A DNA stretch of 64,000 nucleotides, taken from assembly GCA_951406725.2 (NCBI GenBank), contig OX597820.1, positions 111,042,001 through 111,106,000 of the forward strand, read 5' to 3'. The notes below the pieces were generated by a model, which made no database searches, was not told the DNA's origin, and worked only from the letters and a program-made list of their open reading frames with translations. This document shows positions 44,205-57,877 of the stretch, in pieces (within the stretch, counting starts at the first letter, position 1; every line of letters starts with the position of its first letter). This DNA is from Octopus vulgaris. Taxonomy: Eukaryota. Position numbers and translations under genes: made by a program.

Positions 44205-44535
44205 TAGTTTCGAATTTTGGCACAAGGCCAGTAATTTTACGGGAGTGGGTAAGTCGATTATTTCAACTCCAGTGTTCATCTTGTACTTATTTTATCAACC
44301 CCAAAATGATAAAAAGTAAAATCGACTTCCACGGATTTTGCTCGGCATGCCAACGATTCTGCCAGCTTGCCAATTTGATAATAATCATTTCTACTACAAG
44401 CACAAGGCCTGAAATTTTGGGAGAGGGGACTAGGCAATTACATTGACCCTAGTGTTTCACTGGTACTTAATTTATCGACCCCGAAAGGATGAAAGACAAA
44501 GTCAACTTCAGCGGATTTGAACTCAGAACGTAGAC
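44205..44535 (-). mobile_element. Two tandem SINE family B copies (others near 54700-54820, 55900-56050, 58250-58640)
   Basis: gcacaaggcc...gtactt(a)atttatcgaccccgaaaggatgaaag motif occurs twice. Confidence 0.75.
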
Positions 44536-46173
44536 ATTAAAATAAAACTATTGAGAGGCCACTAACATCATCGTCTCATATTTTCAAGTGTCTGAACAGT
44601 GTTTCTTCCATTGCAGTTTTAAATACGAAATAAATATTCAGAAACAAACTGAACTCAGTTGCTTTATAATGTATTACATAATTATTATCGTTTATTCATG
44701 GTCAAATCTACACCAACTGATTGTTACTACTAAATACCCCCAACGCTGTCACTTATATAACTTTGAGCTGTTGTTTATGCTAACTTCAGGTCCACTCACT
44801 GACGTTCCAAGCCATGACCACTCAGTCTTTTTCATTTTTCAGCTTTAGTTCTTTTTACAACTACACTGACCAACGCGTCCATTTTTTTTAAAGATGTTAT
44901 ATTGTCATTTGAATGTAATTTGTGGGTATTTTTGAACAGCTTTGGAAGAAAAGTCAACCGAGTTGATGAACTATTAATTGAGATTTATGAAATATTGATC
45001 AAACATCATTAGAAAATATTAAGCATTCCTCGAAAATTAATGGAGAAACACGTTTCACAGTACAGAAATGTTTATATGCATGTATGTATGTATGTATGTA
45101 TGCATGTATGTATGTAGGGTTGCATACATGTATGTATGTATGTACGTATGTATGTATGCATGTATGTATGTATGTATGTATGTATGTACGTACGTATGTA
45201 TGTATGTATGCATGTATGTATGTATGCATGCATGTATGTATGTATGTATGCATGTATGTATGTATGCATGTATGTATGTATGTATGTACGTATGTATGTA
45301 TGTCTGTATGTACGTATGTATGTATGCATGTATGTATGTATGTATGTATGTATGTATGCATGCATGTATGTATGCATGCATGCATGTATGTATGTATGCA
45401 TGTATGTATGTATGTATGTATGTATGTATTACGTATGTATGTATGTATATATGTATGTATGCATGTATGTATGTATGTATGTATGTATGCATGTATGTAT
45501 GTATGTATGTATCTACGTACGTATGTATGTATGTATGTATGTATGTCAGATCACTTGTGAGGCCGCTGATGGGTGCTACTGATAACATGGAATCTAGTAC
45601 AAACTGTTGCATGATCAAGTGGTCATCGGTTCAACTGCCCCACCACCACCACCAACCATGTGAGGAGGGTTGCTAGAAAAACCAGGACTAAGAATCAAAA
45701 TATTTCAAAAGGATAGATGAGTCCAGGGTAGGTTCAACGACTATTTAACAATAGCACGGGCACTCAGAAATTCCAGACTGATGTCCGGCGTGCTGAAGAC
45801 GGTCATGCAGATATCAAGCTGCATATGCAGGGAATGGCATTAGACATTCTGAGCACACCTACATTCCTGAGTCTGTGGCACATACTGGAACTAGATATAT
45901 GTTGCCTCGGTTTGTCTCTTGATCACGTCAATAGGGTGGAGAGGATTTACGAAGTGGAGTTCAAGATTTATTGAACCGAAATTTTGCACAGGCATTGCAT
46001 CGTCAGTGATGGTCATACTTACTACCACTTGACAACCATCAATATTATATGGCTGTGTAGTAAGAAGATTGTTTCCCAATCACATGCTTCCGGGTTCATT
46101 CCCACTGCATGGCTCCTTTTCTACTATTACCTTGGTCGACCAAAGCCTTGTGAGGGGATTTGGTAGACAGAAA

Positions 46174-46226
<53 letters not shown>

Positions 46227-46690
46227 CGTGTCTAACTCTCACTACCACATGACAACCAGTGTTTAACGTCCCCATAAATCTAGCAGTTCGGCAAACAAGA
46301 CAGATAGAATCAGGCTTACAAAATAAAACAGTACTGGGGTTGATTATTCGACTAAAATTCTTCAAAGCGGTGCCCCTGCATGGCCGCAGTCTGATGACTG
46401 AAACAAATAAAAGATAAAAGATGATTGCTCCGAAATGGCTCAAAAGCTCTTGTGCATATCCAAAAATAAAACATACGTGAATATGCGAGTATATTGGAAT
46501 TCAATTGACTAATGTGTGTGTGTGTGTGTGTGTATGTGTGTGTGTGTGTGTGCGTGTGTATGTGTGTTTGTGCGCGCGTGCGTGCATATGCGTATATATA
46601 TAATATGTATGCATGGATTTATGCATATGTGTTGGTGTTTGCGGGTGTGTCTAAGCGAGCGAGTGTGTGTTTGTGTGTGTGTGTGTGTAT

Positions 46691-46741
<51 letters not shown>

Positions 46742-47030
46742 CATGAATTCTTTTGTTTAAGGGTGACATAAATCCCGAGAAATTCAACAACTGGAAATTC
46801 ATTGTGTCTTGAGAATGACAAAAAAGTATATAAAATATAGCTTGTTATATGAAGAATATCACGAGTCATGCGATTCGCCATGTTTTCATATTGTTATTAA
46901 CATAAAGAAAATACTACAAAACTCTTTCAGAATTTTAAATCACACAAAAACACTCTTACTGAGTCTGTCTCTGGTTTCTTTCTTTTCTCTTTACACACTT
47001 CCCCTAAACACTCTCTCTCCCTCTCTCTTC

Positions 47031-47063
<33 letters not shown>

Positions 47064-47289
47064 TGTATGTATGTATGTATGTATGTATGTATGTATACAC
47101 ACATATATATGCTTATTTATATATACATGCATCTATATATATATTCTTGCATCTATATATATATATCTATATATATATATATATATATATATACATACAT
47201 ACATACATATATGCATATATATACATATTTTTCTGTATATTTATATATATATATGTATGCTTATATATAAATGCTTGCGTATATGTATG

Positions 47290-47340
<51 letters not shown>

Positions 47341-48059
47341 ATGCACATATCATTCAACTACTGCCGTAGTTGAATAATATTCTTAAGGCCGCAATTTATT
47401 CACACGCAACGTATTTCAGAGCTTGTCGTTAATTCGGTTCAAAACTAAATTGAAAACTGTAAACATTTTTGAAGAGGAGTGGTCCCTAGCTACATTTTAG
47501 CATTAAAAAATTGAGGTTTGATCCAGTAGAAAAAGATTTACATCAAAATTTGTAGCAAAGGTATAGGAGTAAGTAATGCCACCAATCAAGTTTAAATCTA
47601 AATAACTTATTTTTATTTCAAACGCAAAATATATTTATCCTAGCTTCAATGATGGAAGAAACATAACGAATTTCATAGTTTTGGTCCCATGCAACAAAAA
47701 TTTGTATAAAAAAAGTTGTGAGGTAAAATATCATGAAAAAATTGATTTAAGTTTAATTAACTTTTTTATTTTAAAAACAGACTAATTGAACTTAAATGAT
47801 AGAGCTCAATTCGTGGAATCTCGTGGTATCAATCTTATCCAGTGAAATTTTAAAAGAAAAAAGTTATGACTATTTGTTTCTCAAATTTGAGGGTGATAAT
47901 ATAGTTTTATACTTATTTATGAATATTGTTCTATGAGGGGACTTTTAATATATGTCACCGGCCTCGTTGAGGTAAGGAAAAAATTATCAATGACACCGCT
48001 AATTGACACATTTGACACATTATTAATTAGCATAATAGCATAGCCTGGAAAAAACATGG

Positions 48060-48953
48060 ATTACAGGGGGAAATGCAAGGAAGAGACATAATATTCTTAA
48101 GATTATAAACCTGGAAAATTACAGGACAAGTTATAACACTTGGAAAAGTTCAGGACAAGTTATAACACTTGGAAGAGTTCAGGACAAGTTATTACATCTA
48201 TTAAAGTACAGAACAAGAAAATATTTACTTAAAATATTGCAGCTAAGGGTAAAATCTGAATATTAAAAATTATTTGATTTTAATTTACAAAGCAACATTA
48301 TAATTAAAAAAGGTATCATATTGTTATAAAAAGGCATCATATTGTTAAGATATTGAAGCACCAGAATACTTAAAAAACGAGAGCCAAAAGTACAAGGCAA
48401 ATTCATTATGTAAAAAATAGGTGCTGAGTCAAGACTATATATGTGAAGACTTGGCAATAACTTAGGCAATAACTCAAGCAAATTTTACTGTGAATTTGTT
48501 GTTATAGGTAGAATTTACTCTAATATATAACTAATGTTTGTATTATTCTATTTATTGTACTAATAATGCTGTACTATTATTTTTTTATTACCTATTTTCA
48601 ATTTTCTAATTATTAGTTAATAATTTTAAAAAATGAATTTTTTTTAAAGTGCAACAAATATATTAGTTGAGTTATTTTTATTTTGATAGAAGTAACAAGT
48701 AATAACAAATAGAAGTAATTATTTGTAATAACAATTTTATTTTTAATAAAATCCAATATTTTCTAAATCTAAATGTTTTATTTGAAATTTTACCCTTAGC
48801 TGCAATATTTTAAGTAAAAATTTTCTTGTTATGTACTTGACCAGATGTAATAACTTGTCCTAAACTTTTCCAAGTGTAATAACTTGTCCTGTCATTTTTC
48901 AGGTTTATAATCTTAAGAATATTATTTCTCTTGCTCACATTTCCCCTTGTAAT
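48060..48953. mobile_element. MITE/foldback with ~220-bp TIRs containing 29-bp subrepeats
   Basis: 48060-48280 is inverted at 48765-48953; caggacaagttataacacttggaaaagtt is repeated within the arms. Confidence 0.8.
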
Positions 48954-48956
48954 ATA

Positions 48957-50090
48957 TCAGGTCATCCCATAAGTTCTGTCCGAAATTTGAATTAAGAAAA
49001 CAAGTGATCAAATGTTATATTTAATTGAAATTTAATCATCAATGTACTTTCCTGATTATCTATGACTTCCTTCAATCTATTTACAAGCTTTTTAACTCAT
49101 CAATGTAAGACTCTTTTGGTTTCAAAACAAAGAACTCTGAAATGTCAGTTTCGACCTCCTCCTGGCTTGCGAAAGTTGTGCCCCCCAAATGATTCTGCAA
49201 ACTACGAAACAAATGGTAGTCTGAAGGAGAAAGGTTGGGAGAGTAAGGTGGATGGGGAATTTTTTCTCAACCAAGCTCTTCGATCTTCTGTGATGTGATC
49301 TTTGCAGTGTGGGGTTGCGCATTATCCTCATGAAATATCATTCCTTTTCGATTCACTAAAGCGGGTCTTTTTTTCTTCAAAGCTTGGTTCAAATGCTCTA
49401 ATTTTTTATAGTAGACTTGAGCATTGATTGTTGCATTAGGTGGCAACAATTCAAAGTGAATTACTCCTTTGCAATTCTACCAGATAGAGAAGAACCTTTT
49501 CCCATGAAGTTCCTTCTCGGTTGTGGTTGAGCGTTTTCCCTTTTACCAAACCACTGTTTATGACGTTTAACATTTCGATAGAAGATCCATTTTTCGTCAC
49601 CAGCCACAAGTCTAACCAAAAAGGGTGAAATGAGTTCGCGAGAATAGAGAGAAGAGCAGATGTCAACTCGGGATTTGCGATTGCTTTCGGAATTTTCCAA
49701 GTTGTTGAAGATGATGATGAACAATTGTATGGTTTGAACTAAGCTTTTTTGCCAATTCTTCAACTGATAATGCAGGATTTTCTTCAAGTGATGCATCAAG
49801 GAGCTTATCATCAAACTCAACTGGACGTCCTTTTCGATCTTCATCTTCAAGGCTGAAATCTCCACTTTTGAATTTTGCAACCTATCTTCTGCAAGTTCTT
49901 TCATTCAAGCATTCTTTCCCATAAACTGAGTGTATGTTTTGAGTTGCTTCGGCTGCAGAGTTTTCTTTTTTGTACTTATAAATCATTATGTGCCTTAAAC
50001 TCTCTTTGGATACTTCCATGTTAGAAAGGGTTTCAATCATAGAAATTTTAATTCTGTTATTCTGTAAAATAATATTTAATTTGTTTAAAT
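48957..50090 (-). mobile_element. Mariner transposon, same family as 5332-6474, 5' TIR lost
   Basis: TIR tcaggtcatcccataag; LVAGDEKWIFY, FHEDNAQPH, N-terminal HTH (NERTCRR). Confidence 0.9.
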
Positions 50091-50094
50091 GTAC

Positions 50095-50620
50095 ACAAAT
50101 GCTTCCTTCAACATACCGATGTTTGTCCCTTTTTTCCCAGCTAATGTTGCGAATACTTCGAAGGTTGCATTGGTGGTATCTTTCAAGAGTTTTTATGTGT
50201 CTTCTGCACGTAAACCAGGAGCGTGGAGATGACCACTGCTTTGTATAGCATTCTTTTTGCCTCAGTTTGAATGTCACGATCCTGGAACATTCCTATTCGA
50301 AGACGGCCAAATGCAGCTCCGGCGCTTTTGAGACGACGCTGGATTTCGTAGTCGCTATCAGCATTGGAAGAGAGAGAAGACTTCTCAGTTACGTAAAATG
50401 ATTCCCGCCTCCTCAAATCAGCACTCCCGATTCCAATGCCTTGTTTCACATTGTTTGCTTCGACTGGCGATGTTTGGAAGATAGCTTGTGTTTTCTTACA
50501 ATTGATGGCAAATCCCAGGTCCCAGTTTTCTGTAGGCTTGATGGAAGGCATTGAGGATCTGTTGCAAATTTGCTGTTGACGTGGTATAGATGCTTGCATG
50601 TTGTTATGATCTAGTAGAGT
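50095..50620 (-). mobile_element. RTE (BovB-like) fragment
   Basis: EIQRRLKSAGAAFGRL, YKAVVISTLL, LERYHQCNLRSI. Confidence 0.8.
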
Positions 50621-50854
50621 CATGATCGACAGGATATATATATATATATATATATATAAAGAGATAACACGGAAAAAATATAATAATATATATTCTTCTT
50701 CTTGGAAAGAAGAATATATATTGGAATAATATCAGTGATATCTTCGAAACATGTGTCGGAAGTAAAAGTATTTGAATTATACCTGCGTTAAACTCCATAT
50801 ATATTTTTTTTTCTAGTTTCAGCTCAGAGCTGCGGCCATGCTGATGCACCGCCG

Positions 50855-50892
<38 letters not shown>

Positions 50893-51380
50893 AGTACTTG
50901 GAGAAGAAGAACGAAACGAAACGAACGAATCGAATCGAATCGACGCGAGGGCGCGCAGTCATACAATAGTGTAATAAATAAAATATATGCATGCATACAT
51001 ACATACATATATGTACCTACCTACATCTACATGTATATATACATGCATATATAAATATATATACCTAAGTACAGGACACCACAAGTAGACGTAGAACTCA
51101 ACGAGAAACGAAAACGGAAAAACAAGCGTGGAACGGACCATTTTTTTACAACGAAAAACAGAGTACAAGACAAACTACACAAGGAAAAATCCCCTTCATC
51201 AGCTGTCCCTAGTTCAACTCCAGCGTGTTTCGAAGGTGAGGACAGAACACGTCTCGTCGAACTAATCCTTCCTGCGAAAGAATTAAATAAAATTCCGTTG
51301 CAGAGGGGTAAAAACAAGGAAAAAATGTGACAAAAACAGGACGTAAAAACAAATACAATCTGCACAAGAGGTAAATACAA
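50893..51380 (-). mobile_element. Second copy of the rearranged-hammerhead element (motif at 51191-51251)
   Basis: Colinear with 38720-39100 and with the terminal extension at 39900-39937; (TA)n flanks. Confidence 0.8.
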
Positions 51381-51396
51381 TATATATATATATATA

Positions 51397-51443
<47 letters not shown>

Positions 51444-51588
51444 ACATATTTAGATATAGATATAAGAATTTTATAGGACTTGAAATAATTGATTTAGGAA
51501 TAGCAGATATACATAAGAGTATGTAAATATTGGGTCCAAAAGCCCTTTTAGGATGGAAAACAATGGAGTCTACCGGCGGTACACGAAG

Positions 51589-51635
<47 letters not shown>

Positions 51636-51648
51636 CATACACACACAC

Positions 51649-51683
<35 letters not shown>

Positions 51684-52007
51684 TGTGTGTATACGGAGAG
51701 AGAGGGGTGAGAGAGACGAGAGAGACGAGAGAGAGAAACAGAGAGAACCGTATGTATCAGTCTCATCATTAAAGAAGTGTATTTTTGTTTACGAGCTCTT
51801 CCGATTACAATGAATGATAACTGTTGCTGCTAAATGACACACACATGCATACATAAATATATTCATGTATATATGCACACGAATAGATACACACGGATAT
51901 ATCGTGACACTCCGTCGGTTACGACGACGAGGGTTCCAGTTGTTCGATCATTATTTATGTATATATATATATATATAATATATATAATATATAATTATAA
52001 AGTATAT

Positions 52008-52358
52008 AGCCAAACTGTTTTTATACTCTATGAAGTAGTCCTTAATTTTCATACCGAAAGTGTTTAACACTTTATAAATACCCACACAATATCAAGGTAT
52101 GCTATAGTATATATGTAACATATGGTATACTTATAAACAGGGTAAATTTTAGGCATTTCTGCACAGACTGAAAAAAATTATGAACAACCTTAATCGATTT
52201 TCGAACCTTATTGGATTCTCATCAGAGACGTCTACAACATTCTGACAGTCTCCACAGAAACAAGCAGCCAAACTGTTTATATACTCAACAAATGCAGTAG
52301 TAACTCTATGAAGGAGTCCGTAATTTGCATACCGAAAGTGTTTAATACTCTATAAATA
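52008..52358 (-). mobile_element. Retrozyme-like unit (1.3 copies) with intact-core hammerhead at 52183-52232
   Basis: Direct repeat 52008-52080 / 52266-52358; gacgtct-CTGATGA-gaatc-caataa-ggttc-GAAA-ATCGAT-TA-aggttg. Confidence 0.8.
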
Positions 52359-52442
52359 TATATATTCCTACATATAAGTCAACACATGCATATACACATT
52401 TATACATAGATATAGACAGATACATACGTATTTACACTCATG

Positions 52443-52502
<60 letters not shown>

Positions 52503-53039
52503 CTTAACATACTAAGAACCAGGCGTACATTTAGATATACATATATAAATATAACAATGTAGAAACATAGGAAATACAAATATACAAACAGGTGTACGCA
52601 TACATCATGCGCTTAAGTTACTGAAGAAAATGTAGCTAGAGATATTAACAATACTGGCTTATGTGAATGAGACACATTCCTCTATCCTGTAGCATTAAGT
52701 TGAATTAAAACCCCTTTTTCAGAATTTAATTCCACACACATATAGCTACACGAACATTGCGAGACATATACACAAATATAAAACGAAACACACCTTGCAT
52801 ACATAGGCATATGTGCACATATACACACAACGTGCAACCACCGTGATATGAAGCGAAAATTATACACTTGTTGCCGTATTAAACAGTGAGTTGTCACATT
52901 CTTCTGTATGCAAGGAGAGAAATCTGACGTTTCGAATATAATCCTTTCATGAGGCATAAACTGGTGGTGTTTTCTTTTTTATGTTAGAAATCCCTTGTAT
53001 ACACTTAAAGGAATACAAAATGATCTATATATTTATACG

Positions 53040-53441
53040 CTAAGGCCAATGATGTGACGCTGTCACGTGGTTAGTTGGAGAGAAATGTGTAAAGAGAGAG
53101 AAGAGTGTTAGCAGTGAGAGCTAGGAGAAAGGGATTATTATTATGTTATGAAGTTAAATAGTTATTTGAAAGAAGAAGAAGCAGAGAAAGAGAGAGAGAG
53201 TCAAAGAAACAGAACATGTTTAGTGCAGGGAGATGTTGTATTGTTGAAAAGAGAGGCAAAGAGAGTGAGGGTTAGAAAGAAGGACAGCAACTGTGTATGT
53301 ACTGAAGGAAACGCGGAAGTGGAAAATGCTATAACAGTCAACGTGCATAGTTTTATTTTCTTTAAAAAAAAAACAGTTACCAAAGTGCAGTAGCAGAATA
53401 ATATCGTAGATAATGCCTTTGATCGTGTTCCATAGGTAAGA
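53040..53441 (+). promoter_or_regulatory. Candidate promoter and first exon of a host gene
   Basis: CCAAT at 53046, TGACG/CACGTG cluster at 53055-53070, purine-rich leader, ATG at 53413, strong donor AG|GTAAGA at 53435/53436, repeat-free surroundings. Confidence 0.35.
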
Positions 53442-55212
53442 TTGTTTACTTCTTGGCGTAAGGTGAAAAGTAATATATAACACTCACAGAGTAGAAGACG
53501 CGAAAAATATAGCTTTCAGAGATGATGTTTCTTGAGATTGCACCATCAATACAACCTGTGTGAGCTTTTACGTCATCGTAAATATCAAACGCTTCAGAAA
53601 AATATACACTCTCACAATTTTCAAAACAACTGTGGAATTTCGATGGGTAATACTAGCAAAAGTAGTTATTTAAGTATGTAAAAAATGATTTTTTTCGATT
53701 ATGAAAAATAGACGGATGAATGCTTGTAAATAATGAGTTTTTGCAAATAATATTGATTAAAAAATAATCTGACACTAATTAGGTGAGATGAGTGTGTTGT
53801 CGACTTATACATCCTCGGAATACTAATGGTGCTTTTTTACCGTCCCCGGAGGAGTAAAGCTGAATCTAGTAGAATTCGAACTTAGGATTGACGACCTGTA
53901 AACATTTGTATGTCATGAATGTAATCCATTAAATGAACACAATATATTACTCATAGTTATATTAACAAACTCAGATGGATAAAAAGCAAAACTGATACCG
54001 GTAGAGTCTTTTTTTTTATGAAAAAGTTGTTGCAGTGCTAATTCACTGCTTCAGCGTATCTTTCACACACAGCTGTAAGGATATATGCAGCATTAATCTC
54101 TAAGATAGATGCAAAGATACAATTTTTGGTTGGGATGAGATTACAATATATCAAACAACTACTTAATTTGTCAACCCCCTGCGAAATAAAAGACAAAGTT
54201 GATGCTAGTATGTCTGATGCTCTACCAACTCTGCCATATGAAGACAGCATATCATAGCGGCAATTAAAGCTTACATTTATTGTTGTCGTTGTTGTGCGTA
54301 AGTGTATGTGCATGCATGCATGCATGTGTGTGCGCGCGTGCGTGCGCGTATGTGTGTGTGTGTGTGTGTTGTCGGATAGATTCGAGATCGAAAGTTTTGA
54401 CCTTTAATTCTCGACCTAGGAAGTGTAATAGACAAAATTGACCTTGTTAGAATTTAAACTCGTGGTGTAAGGGAACGTGACTAAACTGCGCAGAAGAAAA
54501 TAAATGAAGTCCACTTCTCTAGCAACTGTGTTAAAAGAACATTCTCTATTGTCGATCCGACACATTAGGAGGTTGAAGGTTCCAATAGCATTTCTTATCT
54601 GGAAGAAGAGGCAGCTTGCTCCTCTTGAACTGCTCTTTATAGAGCCAACTCAGAGAGAGAAATATGGAGAAGATTCCACCTAGGTATCTGACTCATATCT
54701 TATTTATCTGTCTTGGAAAGATTAAAGGCAAAGTTTACTACGGCGGAATTTGAACTCAGAGTGGAGAGAACCGTAATAAATCCTGCAAGGTATTCTATCC
54801 GACGTTCTAGAATCTCGCCATTTTGTAAGAATAACAAAGGACATTTTTTTTAAAGAACTGGAAACGAAGATAGTGATTTCCATGTTATTCAGAGTCATTT
54901 TAGGTAAAAACACTACTGTGAATAAAAAAAAATAGAAGAAAAATTTGAAATTCATTTTTAAACACAAAAGAAATAAAAAATAATTTTAAGTATTAAACAA
55001 GATGGTTATGTATTGTAATAGAACAAACAAGATGTGTTATTTTACAAGAATACAAACGGAAATTCTTAAGACTAAGAAAGAATACCTATGATAAAGAACA
55101 GCTTTAGAAATATCTGTACGAAATGTCTTATGATAAGAATGAATCAAAAAAGAAAAAAATAACAATCTTAAAAAATATCCTTCAAAAGATTTTTTAACAA
55201 ACGTAACATAAC

Positions 55213-55259
<47 letters not shown>

Positions 55260-55629
55260 CATTTCGAGAATTAATAATTGTAAATAAGATTAGGATTAGT
55301 AATGATTTTCTAAAATTATCAAACACTTTCAAAAATATTGAAAAACATGTATTTATCGTTTCATTTGATTTATCAGAAGGAGCTGCCTCAACTTTCTAGA
55401 AATGGTAGCAAACTCTTCTTCATATTATACTTTGCCGTATAAAAGACAAATGTTATCTGAAACAAAGGCAGAATGGTCGAGGGTTGAATGGCTTTGATCA
55501 GAATTTTGTCAGATCTGAAACTAAACTACAACTACGGAGGGACCAAAGGTGATAGAATTGACACCGCTTAGATTTGAACGCAGGACGTTAACCGACGTAG
55601 CTGTAGGTTTTTCTCTCTCTTTTCCTCTC

Positions 55630-55669
<40 letters not shown>

Positions 55670-56119
55670 CTATTTGTTCTAGAGTTTACTCTCCATTCTG
55701 CAGGACTCTCCTTTTTTATTCGTACGACTAAGATATTGCTCGAGTCGATGTGTCGATAAATCTGAATTTGGATGCTTCTTACTGTTTGTCGGATCCTGCC
55801 ACGAGGAGGCCAGTAGGTAGGATGTAGGATTTCAACCCAGAATACATAGAAATGGAACAGCCATCACCAGGAATCTCGTTCAGCATTCTAACAATTCCGT
55901 CGACCCACTATCGATTCTTAGTTTATTCATCGATCTCAAAAATGGTGAAAGACGATTTGGCTGGATTTGAGCTCAAAGAGTAGATAGCCTGAAATAATAC
56001 AAGGCAAAAACATGTTGGCTTTTAATTCTAACGATTCTGCCAATTCGCTGCCTTGGAGGAGCTAAACATCACCAGGTATTTGCGTGTATGTATTTTTTAT
56101 TGTTTTTCTTTTTTTTATC

Positions 56120-57110
56120 ATTCCACACAGTATTGGATCCGAGAGCTGAACTACCACGTATTGTGCCATACGGGCGGCGAAGCTACGGGCATTTACAGCA
56201 AAACCTTACGAGAGTGGAGGCAGATGACATGGGCCTCCACAATCATCGATTTGAAGTCAGCACACCTGCAGCTGCATGTGGCTGAGAGACTGTGGAGATA
56301 TCAGCTGGTAAGCTATTAAGGACGGGCATACTGCCTGACTAGGTTGGGATTCGGGCTAAAAACAGCACCGAAGGTTATGGCGAGGATTCTCAAAACTATC
56401 CTGGGAAAGGTGGACAAAGTGAAAAGAGCCACCAATTCCTCTAGTGATGACATCCTGCTGGACGAGAGCAGTATTGGCGAAGGAGGTCATAAGCCACCTG
56501 AAGGGTTTTGGGCTAACTGCCAAATCGCCGGAGGCAATGGAAGGAGGTGCGGCACTGGCACTCAAGCTATGGAGAGACAAGGCCAGCATTGGTGTTTCAG
56601 AGAGGGAATGAGATCCCAGAACTGAGCTCCAAGTAGGCGAAAACTGTTTTCTGTGTGGGAAGCTGCTGGGACACTACCCGATTGCAGGATGGTTCCGTAC
56701 GGCATGCAGCTTCATCAAGAGGCCAGCAAAAGGAATGAGGTGGAGTGATAACGTTGGCGAGAGAGTGACTGCAGAGGCCCCAATAAGAGGAAACTGATAT
56801 GTGTCCAAATTGAAGAATGGGATCGTGTGGTGTGATGCCAGCAGCATAGCAACGGGAGTTGTCCTGGAAATTGAAGGTGTCGTGGTGGAGTATGCGGCCT
56901 GGCTGAGGAAGAAGGACGACTGCAACCACATAAACGTGGCGGAGCTGGATGCCGTGTTGAAGGTGCTGAACCTGGCCTTGAGGTAGGGGCTGCGTACCAT
57001 CGAGATCCAGGCCATTGTACATAGAAAGGGTGGGAGGATCAGTGGTCACCGGCGAGCGGAGGGTGCGAACCAAAGGGGACACAGAGATAAAATGCCGTTT
57101 GGGAATTCTG
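56120..57110 (+). mobile_element. Gypsy-like LTR retrotransposon pol fragment (RT + RNase H)
   Basis: IIDLKSAHLQL, LTRLGFGLKTAP, (SS)DDIL, WCDASSIATGVVL, HINVAELDAV. Confidence 0.85.
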
Positions 57111-57134
57111 GTGGTTAGGAAAGGTGGTATTATC

Positions 57135-57231
<97 letters not shown>

Positions 57232-57414
57232 CCACCTTTCATTGCCAACTAAACTTCTACGCTCAGATATCATCCCTATGCAACCTAGATAACTCGTGGA
57301 GTAACCATTAAGATGACTCTTTCAGAGGAATTCACATCGTTGTAAACTTTTGTACACGAGTACCTCTCCCTTCCTTCCTTGTCTTTTTCAACATCTACAC
57401 TTTTTACTGTAGAT

Positions 57415-57877
57415 CAGGGTCAACAAAGGAGTCAATATTGATCCCTGGTGTGTGTGGGTAGGGGAGTGGCTGTGGTTATCCAAGGGGTCAATAAACACCT
57501 GAAACGATTTTGAGCATTAAAGGGACTGCATTTTTAATGAACTGAATCTGGAAAAGGTAGTAATTTAAAACTAATGTCCAGTCAAATGTCAATGTAATAA
57601 CTAGAATTCCCCAAACATATTTCACATTAGATATTCCGACTGTATTAACATATGACTGAATTTTTGTTGTTCATTTCATTTCGTACTTTCATTAATTTTT
57701 TTATATTTCTTATTAAAATGCGGTATAAAGCAAAAGAACGAAGGCATATTTTAATTTTAAATCAAGAAATTTTGATGTTACACTTTTAGTTTTATTTTAG
57801 AAATTTGCATGATGGTGGATCAATAACTTATCAACGATTTCACGAAGGGGTAAATGACCAAAGTTTGCCAGCCCCTG
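57415..57877. mobile_element. hAT MITE with perfect 8-bp TSD
   Basis: CAGGG...CCCTG ends; CTGTAGAT at 57407-57414 and 57878-57885. Confidence 0.8.

Noticed and set aside
45630-45675. caactgcccc...gaggagggttg resembling twister ribozyme ends in a possible LINE 5' region
   Set aside because: The central twister pseudoknot sequence is absent.
47383-47930. Possible Kolobok-like element starting TTAAGG
   Set aside because: No matching right terminus or TSD was found.
48122-48195. CRISPR-like 29-bp repeats
   Set aside because: Tandem repeats without spacers, inside a MITE TIR, in a eukaryotic context.
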